Assembly: GCA_973851085.1 (NCBI GenBank)
Contig: OZ316775.1
Span: 10,540,001 to 10,604,000, forward strand
Direction of reading: 5' to 3'
Origin: Ptychomitrium polyphyllum
Taxonomy: Eukaryota
Length of the DNA stretch: 64,000 nt
The position numbers were made by a program, and so were the translations under genes. Below are positions 52,752-64,000 of the stretch, one piece after another. Position 1 is the first letter of the stretch. The number at the start of each line of letters is the position of its first letter. The notes beneath the pieces are model-generated. The model was not told the DNA's origin, did not search any database, and was given only the letters and a program-made list of their open reading frames with translations.

Positions 52752-53387
52752 GCTCTTCAGGCTAGCACATACTCTCCAGCCAAGGTCTCTAAGCTACAAT
52801 ATGTCATCTCGTACCTCACACTGCAACAATACAGCAGCAAATAGATCGTAGTACATGCCAACTACAAACACAACCAAGGAATCATGCTCTCGAAAGTCGT
52901 CTGCCACTTTGTGTTAGATGTAGAAAATCTAGAAATAATGCAAGCGTGTAGACAACGAAGTAAGTACACTACGGCTGTGAACATACTGTGCTCACAGGTG
53001 TCTGCATACCGTACTGGAAGTCAATTCACCTGTAATGAGGCATACATACTTGCAAATGTGCGGTGCCACCTGGAATACCCTAGCGCATCAACACATAGCA
53101 ACCATCCAGCTCAATATAATCTAGTGTACACGTCACACCTTGTCTTGCAACCTTGTTCTACTGCAATTTTGAAATGGAGTCAGAGTGACGGGGTCATAAG
53201 AATAGTTCCACGACCTTCTGATGGAAGAAATATAAAAAGAAAATCCCCGCTGCGATGCCTTGGCTGTCATATGATGCTACCCAGCTATTCTACAATATGC
53301 CATGTCAGTACGCACTCACATTGAAATGGTGCACCTTGAAAACACTATGACCTACAGAGATAATGAACAAGCCAATTAAACAAGACT

Positions 53388-55443
53388 TCAACCAAGCCCA
53401 ACTCCAATAGATTCTTGCCTTCGAGCATCCGCTTTGATGCGCTTTGGTCTCACAACCTTGTCAATAATACCATATTCCAAAGCTTCATTAGCACTGAAGC
53501 GCTTAATACGATTCAAATCTTTCATTACCTGCAAAATGCATAAGTATACCTCGAGTCAGTCAATTCCAAAACTTAACATTCCGCATAATTGTCTACTTGC
53601 AAGAAACTGAAGGTTATGCATAATTGCAGCAACACTGCCATTTTTGTAAATAAAAACCATACCTTGTCGATAGGCTGACCAGTCTTCTTTGAAACTTGTT
53701 TATAAACATAATTTCTGACCCGGTTCAGCTCCCTTGCTTCATTGATGATGTCATCAGCCTAGAATTTCACATGCCAATCGTACAGCTGATGAGTTCATAC
53801 ATCCACTGAAAAAGAAGTAAAACAGCACCAGAGCTAGTAACCCATTGAGGAAATCGCTCTGAACATTATAAAGAACTCCATTAACTATCCGCTACACCAG
53901 TTTGAACTGAAAATTACCTCTGCTTGCGCATGAATATTGAGGTGCTATAACCACACCCAGTTCTAATTATTAAGCCAGATTCTAGAGTAGACAATTAGCC
54001 TACTTCCGAAGTACCAATTTTCCCTAGGTTCTAACGAAATTCAAATTTGTAGGGCACTGCCCTCCACCACGTATTGAGTGGAGAAGTGTAGGTTACACAC
54101 CTGACCGCGTGCTGAACCAGCAGGGGACATAAGAGCTACCCTAGTCAATGGCATAGCTGTTCGCATTCCCTGAAACCCCCACATCCCGTAATAACAAAAA
54201 AGAATAGTAAGAGAGGATCCGTGACTAGCAGCCCAATTCTATCCAGAAACCAACCTCTATCTGTGTCAATGATATATTCAGCTCTACTGCCGTTAGATGA
54301 CCTATAACATACTACTAACATCTTGATCGCAAAGGCATGCCAACAACTAGAAAAGTGTACCTTTGCGCCTGCAGCAAGCAGAAGTCCTGCATTGTTGTAG
54401 GCATAACCCAAAGCTAAAGTACCAACTGGACTATTTATACTTTCCATTGTGTCGTAAATTGCCATGCAGGGTGTAATCTGAAATAACACAAACCCGCCTC
54501 AAGTTTCAACCACAGGCAATCAAAGCCGACGTTCAATCCGAACACTTGCTCACGAAAACCTACATATTCAGCATCTTGTTAAACGATTTTAGAGTGACAA
54601 TTGCACATCCCAGTGACCAAAAACTTTAAACCCAGAGTGCAAAATGGTCCGGGTCATACATCACCACCCGGGCAGTTGATGTACAGGTACATGGGCTTGG
54701 TGCTATCAACACTGTCCAGGTAGAGCATGGTAGCTACTACCTGGTTACCGAACTCCTCATCAATATACTGACCAAGAAATATGATTCGCTCACGATACTG
54801 CAACACACCCACAACAGCACCGAACATCAGCACCAATAGCAAACCCATTCTTTCCCACAAATAATCACCGACTATGGATAAGGACGCCCACCAACACGTT
54901 CCAGATGTCCACCCACTGCCACCCTCCTTCTCCCGGGGTCCGATAAGGCACTTTCGGAGTGCCAATTGGCGCCATCATAGTCACCTTCCCTCGACACGAC
55001 GAGCTCCCCTCTCTGCAGTCAAAAACCAACCCCCAACTTCCAATTCAATTCTCCCTCCAAGCTCAGAAATTTTTATCATTCCCAAACTCCTAGCTCCAAT
55101 CCCACATCCAAACTCCACGAAACCAGAGACTCCAAAACCCTAATTCCATCCAACAACCAAAACTCGAACATTTCCATTGAAACCCCAGCTCCAACAACAC
55201 CAAAAATTCGAAGGCTAGTAAGAACTAGTCATAGATAACCATGAAGAAGAATGTCCACCTCCTAGCAGTAACAGCGAGGTGCACATTAGAGAAGAGGTCG
55301 GCGGTGAGGTCGCGGCCTCCAGCGGAGCGTGAGAGCGGCCTGGGGCGAGAAACGAGAGAAGCGGAAGAGGACGAGGACGAGGTGGAAGCGGAGCGGGGCG
55401 CGAGACGCGACGCCGACGAGGCCATGAGCGCGGAGGTCGCCAT
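53388..55443 (-). CDS. CLPR2: Chloroplast Clp protease non-catalytic subunit ClpR2, ~288 aa; exons 55443-55259, 55012-54892, 54797-54660, 54477-54361, 54169-54101, 53758-53663, 53528-53388
   Basis: Ser-rich transit peptide, [10 protein letters not shown]...[23 protein letters not shown] (Asn in place of the catalytic Ser), [13 protein letters not shown], and C-terminal RP.RIKADA..GLG matching ClpR2. Confidence 0.92.
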
Positions 55444-55994
55444 GACTGCGAATGGCTATGGCAGAGCAGCGCCAAGACGCGCTGCAAATCTAAAGCAGTG
55501 TGCATGCAGACACAGCGGATAGGGCTTCTCCACGCACTCTCCACGCTCTCCGCCTGGGAAACTTTACTTTTACTTGGAAAACTTTACTGTCGGTGGATGA
55601 ATACTGTCGCATTCTGGATGAGAAGTGGATTTCTCCAATTTCCAACCTCATAGTAAATAAAAGAGTTGTAAATCTGTTTTACAATCACAACTCATTTTAA
55701 GACAAATTGTTACCTAGTTACATAATAAATTAAAAATCTTATTTTTGTATGTCTTTGAATAAAAATTGTCATATATACATGCGTACAAAATAGTGTTAAG
55801 AGAAATAGCCAAAAGTTATCTTTGAAATATATTGTTCTTTTTGAGTTATAATCATTTTAATCTCATTTTAATTCTAAGGCATGTTGATATCATTTCTAAT
55901 AATGCTAAAATCTATATTGTTTCCATGTTATTTTGGTGTTTTTTCATTTTATTTTAAATTTTGTCATCTTGATGTGAAGTTTAATGTCTTTTGA

Positions 55995-56269
55995 TGTCAC
56001 AAATATACATATTAGAAGCTTCTAAAAGGATTTTTAAAAGCTTTCTCAGTCAAGGAAACTTTCAAAGAAGTTACCTTGGTTAAAAAAACTTATAGTAAAA
56101 CAACTTGAGGGTGCTTGAATTTGAAGTTAGAAGTTTCTTAAGAAAATTCTAAGACTTGTAGTTCTTTTTCTACATTGTTATAGCTCTTGCTTGTAATATA
56201 TCTTAGAAATACCTTATTCCATATTATGAAGTCTTAAAACCTTGTCTTATTATTATTTTGTCCGTAACA
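55995..56269 (+). mobile_element. Short degenerate solo-LTR-like element
   Basis: TGTCAC...GTAACA termini and agaagcttct/gaagtttctta words like the elements at ~9 kb. Flanks tttga/aatga match only partly as a TSD. Confidence 0.45.
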
Positions 56270-57541
56270 AATGACATCGAATTAATGTAGATATGACACA
56301 TATTCATTTTGACATCTTGTTTGTGAAAATAAAAGTAATAAACAAATGAAATAATCAATGCTTAAACATTGTGTTGTTAAATAATAGCACTTCAAAAAGG
56401 TGCCAATATTGCATTGATTTCATGAATAAAGAATCTTCTACTGTTAATTTTTTTTAAAAGCCAATTGCTATTGCAAGTGTTTTATTCATGAATTTACAAT
56501 TTGATTTTATACAATATATTATATTTTCAAACAAATAAGTTTATTTTTGAATTTATTTTTCAAAAACATAGGTAAGGAGTTCAAAATGCTATGCAAATCT
56601 TTAAAGAAAATATAGAATACATTGTTTAAATTGAATTCAACTCGTGATTATCCATCAACTCAGATTAATAATAATAACCTTTTGTAACTTAGAAAGAACA
56701 AAAATAAAAAATAACTTGGAAAAAGTAAAAGAACAATCAAATGACAAATAAATTGACAGCATGCCACATATAAATTCTAGGTTAACGAAATACTGTTTGA
56801 AACAAAGAATGATGACTCATGTTAGTGGGCGTACTAACTCGAAGTTTGGAACATCTGAATTCAGTCACAATGTTTCACCTGGGATGAGACAACACTGGTG
56901 CTATGAACTCCAGGGGGTGACCAACGCGGTACCAATCAAACGCGAAGATAATAACCCGGAACCAATGGGACCGTCCCACGTGGATCCCAGTAGAAGTAAC
57001 TGTCGAAACTCCCGAAATTTGGCCATTCATAGATGCGAGAGATCCACTCATTTTTCTTTTGATGATAGACCTTTCTCGAAATCTTCGGACTCTCCGCAAG
57101 CCCATCAAAATCTACCTTCATTCTTACATCCAACGTTATGAATTTCACAAAGTCTATTAATTCATAGCATATTTGGTAGATAAGACAAATAGCGTTCAAG
57201 TCGTCGACGCCGAAGTGAAAGGAACGTCGACTCCTGGGAGGTGGCGATCGATAACTAGTCTATACCTATGTAATACTACCTTGATACCGTAACGATAGCT
57301 CGGCGGGTATCTCGTAAATTGGACTGTTTTTGCTACTATGGAAGCACCTTGTGTCCGTCGGAGTGCTGTCGTCGCCATGTTTTTAGCTTCCGAGATCGTG
57401 GCTTAGCTGCAGGAAGGCACTGAGGATTGATCCAGACTATGTTGAGAGGTGATCCGATCCTGTTTTCCTAGATTTCTCGTTTTTGGTTACTGATTTTGGA
57501 GTGTTTCTGAGGGAGAGGTGGTGCTGGAGAGGGGCATTGCA

Positions 57542-60500
57542 ATGGCGATGGCGATGCGTAGGGGCGCAGAGCGGGCGGGGATGGTGATGCGCGGTGAATG
57601 GAATAGTGGTGGTGGTGGTGCTGCTCGCTACATGGCCACTGCTGTGCGTGTGGAAGATGATGGGTCGTCGTCGTCGCCTTCATCGTCGGCGTCGGGGCGT
57701 GCGTTGGCGGCGTTCAGTGCGCTTCTTGGAGCTGGGGCGCTCTACTCCTCTTGCCAGCGAACGGTATATTCTTTCACATAATGGCGGTTATTTGCATTAT
57801 TTCACATAATGGTACATTCGTTGAGCGTATGGTTTTGGAGAGGGTTTGACGTCTTTCTTGAATTTGGATCCAGGAACGATGTTGTATCTCTCGAACGAAA
57901 GAATTTTTTCTTGGAGTTTCTCTGTGATTCTTGTTTAATAGTGGCATGAGTTGGAACATTGTGAGGAAACGGAGTCGTGTTTGAATTTTATTTTGTTTGG
58001 TCATATCATGAAACCGTTTAGTTTTTTGGTTGGTGGGATTCACAGATTGTGTAACAATCGTGTAACTTCCGCACTGACACTGCGAAGACATAGGCTGGCG
58101 CAGTGGTGTTTAATTTTGAATTTTTTTCTTCCTGCTGAAGTTGTTCAATTTTTACTGAGCTACTTTACGTCTAGAAGTGGGTGTGCGCGTTAAGAATGCC
58201 GTTACTTTCTGGTAGTTCCATGAGTTGGGGACTAGGCTGCGATTCCTCATTACTGGAACAGTAGTTCTTTTTGGAGAGGAGATCGGTCGTAATATTTCCT
58301 AATGTTACAGGATATGTATGGATTTGGTAATTTGTTTTTGGGGCAGTGGTCCAGCAATCACCCTCAAAGGAAGATTGAGGGTGGTCTTGCTCTCAGTTTT
58401 CCGTGTTTACGTCATGAATGCTGGCTCTGATGTTTCTTTCCGAACAGATGAAGTTGGAACCAGCTGTTGCGGATGCCACAGCATTCAAGGATCAAGAATA
58501 TAAACCACGAACGGGTGGGCTCTTCTTCCATTCAATTGTGAATTATGATTGGTCAATGTAAACAGGAATGCAGATGGCTCGAGTCAGTTAGCTAGGTCGT
58601 CATCTTGCTTATAGGTTTATGTTTGTGGACGAGTCATTGATCCTTGAAATGCAATATTAATGAATTTTTCTCTGAAGGCAACCATTTACTAGCAACCAGG
58701 GATGTGAGTGATGAGGAGAGTTGGGCAAAAGGCGATTTTTGTTTTCTGTGACCTCCTCGGTGTATGGCCACATGGATTCATGTGAGAATATGGTGAAACA
58801 ACGTTGCAGCATTGAATCCTAATGAATTCGTGAAGTTCAAGTTGGCTGAAGTCCGCGATGTCAATCACAATACTAAAGTGTACAGGTATGCATCAAGGAG
58901 TGTTCTAGTTGATGGTATCATGGATAAGCATGCAGTATGTCCTGAGTCAAGCTTTGTTCTCTACTTCGAGTTTCTGTTTTGACGACTCCTCTTAGTATCA
59001 AGTCTATTTGTGGATCAAATCTTGTAATGCCGAGGACGTGCACAGGGGCTGTTGTACCCCACGTTTGTAAAACCATTTGTGTATACTCCCAGCTCTACTG
59101 GAGGCTTACATTATTTTTCTGTATCTTCTGGTGGTGGAGCAGATTCGCATTTAATCCTCAGGAGGCACTTGGCCTGTATGTTGCTTCCTGTTTGATCACG
59201 AAGTAAGGGTTCCGCTCTCTGCTGTGTATGGCTCTACTTGTTAACTGGAAGGGGTAGATATTCCTACCTGAATTTGCTATTACGAACAAAACACGCTCCC
59301 TAACTGAATAGTGTTTCTTTTAGTTTCATTCAGTTTTTTACCTTTTTTAGACAGGTAGCTGCGCACAAAAAGTATGCAGAGGATCCTTCAATTTTTTTAT
59401 TTGTTATTTTTTGATTTTCGTTTTTTGCAGGGCTGAAATGGGCAAGAAAAAAGATGGGAGTCCGAACTTAATTATTCGCCCGTGAGTACTAATTTTCTTT
59501 GAGCGTTGCCTGAGGTCATTATGTCTGGTCATTTGATGTTTATTGTTCCTTTAGAATGTGTGCATTGATCGTATTCACGTAGTTTCATGGCTTATGATTC
59601 CTTGCTTATTGATTCTCTTCAGGTGTCATCTGGTAAATGAGTGTATTTAGTATATGACTGTAAGCTAGAGAGTCCAGCAGTCCCTGTGTTCTGGTCGCAT
59701 CTAGCTTATTTGTAGAATCGGATTGTGAGGCAGGAATTCACCTCCTACTGAGAGTGAAATTCTGTGTTACATGGCATTCAAATCCCAGGCCCTTTTGGAA
59801 ACTTAAATTAAAACCAACTTTCCTTTCTCATAATATATTTATGCAGGTATACGCCTATTTCACCTCCGGATTCAAAGGGTTATTTTGATTTGATGATTAA
59901 GGTGAGAAGAAACCACGTGCTGATATATGGAGAGTTGGAACTTGTTCTGCCTCATTTTATTTTGATGTTTTCCTTTTTCTTACACATCCTTCTGAAATAT
60001 TGTGCAGATTTATCCGCAGGGTAACATGACTCAGCACTTGGCTCACCTTAAGCCAGGAGATATTTTAGAAGTGAAAGGGTAATTTCTGAAACAGTCTGCA
60101 GATATCACTTTTAGATGCACGCTTAAAATGGTTGCTGAAGGATTGTTGATCTATAGCATACCGAAGTTGACGCCAACGTATGCTTTTCTCATCACATGAA
60201 TTTCTTCAAAATAACGATTTTTGTTGTTTTGTTAGGCCTATCCCGAAACTCGCCTACAAGCCTAATATGAAGAAACAAATTGGAATGGTGTGTTGATTTC
60301 CTTTAGACCAGCTAGTTGTTGACAAACATGTCGCGTATATTGGTTATTCACGGTGCATCTTTGGATTGGAGCGAGAACTTTCAAGTTTCTGTGTTATGGT
60401 GAAAACGCAATTGGCATTAAGTATTGTGTTGTTGTACTTTGTATACTGATGTGATTGTGACTAGCCCTCGCTAATTGATGAATGTGTGCATCAAGTTTTG

Positions 60501-61985
60501 CAGGTTGCTGGAGGTACAGGACTAACCCCCATGTTACAGGTTATTGATGCCATTGTTTCCAATCCAGAGGACAATACACAGGTTCACGGACTGAACTTTC
60601 CACTGCAAGATCTTTGTTTTCTTAGACATTGTCTTGGTTTACAGGAATGAGATTTGGACGAAATTTTGAAGGTTGGTTGATTAATCCAAGCAGAACGTGG
60701 AGGTCACGTATGATCGGAGGGTTTTGCTTTTCCACAATTTTTAGTATATAACTTTGGAGTGTTTATTCCAGGTCTCACTTGTTTACGCTAATACAACACC
60801 TGCCGACATTCTGCTGAGATCGAAGTTGGATGCTCTCTCGTTTGCCCATCCTAATTTCAAGGTATTCGCATCAAAGAGAGCCTGAAGTTGCAACTGTGAC
60901 TATTTCGTCAATCCGTTGTTTCTTTTAATCTTTATTTTTATAGTGCCACGATAGATTTTACCTTCGTAGTCGCATGGATATTAGCTCCAACTTTTATCTT
61001 GAATTCTATTTTCATTGACTAGCAGGGATTGTTTGAGTAACAGCTCACTTAAGGAATCCGATCTGAATTGAGCAACTATCCACCGAGCGGAACTTGACTT
61101 ACAATTTTCTTCATCAATGAGTATAGTATCTGAGTGTAGTATGCAGAAGTGTGATCCTGGATTTTAGGGCACGCATCGAGAGGTTGATTATGTCTTGCAT
61201 GCACCTTTCCTGTGGCAGGTGTTCTATGTGGTATCAAAGGAATCACAGGGATGGAAGGGTGGTAAGGGGCGTGTCAACAAGGATGTGCTCATGAAAGGAC
61301 TGCCATCCCCTTCCGACGATACTCTCATCTTGGTAAGTCTTGTTCCCAGCTATCCTTGAGCATTTCGGAACTGGAACTTTACTTTCTCAGAACCTGTTGA
61401 TGTGTATACCTTGGATATATGACAGATTTTAGTGACAAAAGGTGATCGCAGTACCTGTAATAATACAATTGTCTAGACTTGAAGGGTCTCAAATAATTTC
61501 ACTTTTGAGAATGCAATGTGAAAAAGGTTTAAAATGTAGTAATTAGGAGAGATGTGGATGTTTCGCCCTTTCCTGTTGTAGGTGTGTGGACCTCCTGGAC
61601 TAATGAATTTTATTTCGGGAGACAAAGCTCCAGACAAGTCTCAAGGAGAGGTAATGTTTACTTTCTTTCAGGTGTCCGAAGGGGATTGAGACCTTCTGTA
61701 ATTTGTGTCTCTAAATACTTATATGTTGCGCACCTATTTGCATTAATTGCCTCAATTGATAATTTTGCGAAGTGGCTTGCGTTGACAGTCAGCGTTCATT
61801 CTCCTTGAAAGTCAGGTAGAGATCTACTAAATTTTGCTTTTAACTTCGTGATTTAAACACGTATTCTTACTAGATGGACGTCAAGCGCATCATGATTTGC
61901 TTCAATTGTGTTGTTGGTTTGTTTGCAGTTGACTGGCATACTCAAGGAGCTTGGGTACACTCCGGAACAAGTCTTCAAGTTCTAA
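57542..61985 (+). CDS. CBR2: NADH-cytochrome b5 reductase-like protein, mitochondrial (CBR2/MCR1-type), ~353 aa; exons 57542-57763, 58448-58514, 58810-58885, 59143-59202, 59431-59481, 59847-59901, 60008-60078, 60236-60287, 60504-60581, 60772-60861, 61219-61332, 61582-61650, 61929-61985
   Basis: FAD motif IRPYTPIS, GYFDLMIKIYPQG.MTQHL, NADH motif MVAGGTGLTPMLQ, VCGPPG, GDKAPDKSQGEL.G.LKELGY..EQVFKF*. Thirteen GT-AG exons total 1062 nt in frame. Arg-rich presequence plus a hydrophobic anchor. Confidence 0.93.
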
Positions 61986-64000
61986 GAAAGTTTGGGCCAC
62001 TTTGTGTACTTACGCACGAGATGAGTCTCAAGTTGATGGTACGCCACTATATCTCATTTTGGCTGTAACGCTAATGAGAACAAGTGAACAACAGAAGATT
62101 GCAGAAATGAGTTCAGTGTAAATTCATTTAACTCAAATTTATAAAATGCAGTATTGTTTTGTCATGCAACGTGAATTTTGAATTTAAACTCTAGGAAGAA
62201 ACAATGGTAATAGACTACTGACTTTTGTGCAAAGCACACATTACTTCTATGAATGAGCATTGATTCTCTCTAGTTGCATGTTGACACTAATGATACTTCA
62301 ATGCCTGATACCACTTGAGCAAGGTAACATACAAGGTCCTATAGTGCAGGCGGCCATGTGAAGTGGATATGGAATAGTAATATTTCAAGTTAATATACTG
62401 CATTTAGCCTACAGAACATCAAATTTTTTGCATTGTTTCTGTCATTGCAACCGTCATATCAAAGTTTATTATCCCATCAGAGCCTAGACTACCATTTTTT
62501 ACTTATAAAAGGAAGGAAAACCATTGGAACTCATAATCTGTTGTGAATTGGCGTTTGCAAAAATCAGTTAAAATTTCTAACAGAATGCACATTTTCCACT
62601 CAATGTACAAGCACCTTTTATGTAAGCAAACTTAAAATTTAAGAGCACATAATTTTTATGTAATTGTGGACATAGTTTTGTATTTGTGAAATAATGAGAT
62701 TTCATATTTATATCTTGATTTAAAATGATACGGTTTGCACCTTTTCAAATACATTATCAAATCAATCAAATAATGATTTCAAATATCATTCGAAATGATG
62801 TATCCTATAATCATTATCTGTTACAGTATGAACGTGATGGTATATTTCATTATATTATCTTACTTTTCTATACATTCTAATAAGTGTAGATGATCTTTTT
62901 TAAAGCTTATAATTATTCTATATCCAATATCAACTTCAATCACAGAGTATGATCTTGAACTTAGTACCATCCAAGGTTGCACATGTCATTTTACAAAGAG
63001 ACATGTCATTTCTTCCTCCCGTGTTCCCCAAAGTAGTTGCCTAGAGCTGTAGAGTTGAAGGGTTATTGTACAACCACAAGGATTCTTGCTGTTGAAGCTG
63101 AGAAAGCTTTCTCATTCTTGTCCAAGAGCAGTTCTGAATTTGGTAGTCCAAGTTGGGAAAAAAATTAAAAAACTTGGTAAAAACTGTGATATGTGAATGA
63201 GATGTGAATGAGAGAAAAAAATATTGAATATAACTTGAAATAATTTTAACATAAATTCTAAATGTTGTTTATAATGATTTCAAAGAATATCCCATTTAAA
63301 CACATAAAAACAACTTAAGAGCATGTAATGTTTTTGATACTTGAATATTAAAAAACATGTTGTTAAATTTATATAATTAAAAAAATTGATGGTATTACAT
63401 CTGATGTGATTGATTTATTAAAAGTATATGGTTCAAGTTACAAAATTGTTGTTATAATGTTCCTTGATGGTTGTTACTTAATCTTTTCAACATATAATTT
63501 GACTAATTTTTATATAAGCTTAATATCTTAATATACATGCAATTTTGAATGCATTAGATTTATAAAAGGTTTATAAGAACTTTTAGAATCACAAATATGG
63601 TTTTTTATTAAATATTTTTGAAACTTTCAAACAAGGCATCGATGGAGAATTGGAATTCCAAAAATCAAACCAATAATATGTTTAAAAAAAAGTTCCAAAT
63701 ACATTTGATGCACCAAAAAATTTATTTGAATTTGTATATAATTAAGAAACTTTTAAAATATTGATTAATAGAATTTCATAGTTTTTAATAGATTAAAAAA
63801 CTCCAATTGTTTAACACTCACTAATCATTAATTTTGAACATTTAACAACAATGAAAATTTGAAAAACATACATGTGTAAATATACATGTGCAAAATGATA
63901 ATTAAGTGAATAAAGAGGGTTTTATTTAAACATATTGTATTGGAATCACTTATACAATTGCAAGGTTATGACCTTATCAATCCATACATAGTTTGCAAGA

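Noticed and set aside
53388..55443. Missing catalytic Ser/His in the Clp subunit as a third novel pseudoenzyme
   Set aside because: ClpR subunits are established non-catalytic members of the plastid Clp core, so this is expected.
62990..63170. Short GC-richer patch with an open frame (LPRAVELKGYCTTTRILAVEAEKAFSF...)
   Set aside because: No start, splice context or recognisable motif; probably TE debris.

Overview
Eukaryotic nuclear DNA from a land plant, most likely a moss of the Physcomitrium/Funariaceae type. This is inferred from protein character, GT-AG introns, and GC-balanced genes alternating with very AT-rich, transposon-degraded spacers. I reconstructed 11 protein-coding genes by hand, each with splice phases that close into an intact frame: a divergent pirin-like protein, a SAUL1/PUB44-type U-box ARM E3 ligase, a LEA+DUF4149 membrane protein, an ankyrin-repeat Raf-like (ILK/VIK-type) kinase, a large membrane-anchored Ser/Pro-repeat protein, PARG, an intronless TOP1, a MYST/HAM acetyltransferase, a p24beta/GOLD protein, plastid ClpR2 and mitochondrial-type cytochrome b5 reductase. 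The spacers hold three solo-LTR-like relics, a possible gag relic, several tandem repeats and a CpG-depleted island I cannot identify. The most notable items are two intact genes that appear catalytically dead (pseudo-pirin, pseudokinase), a 9-aa S-P-x-K/R repeat array, the intron-poor PARG-TOP1-MYST trio and a mirror-image GC skew at the TOP1 promoter. I cannot support any CRISPR array, rRNA or tRNA.
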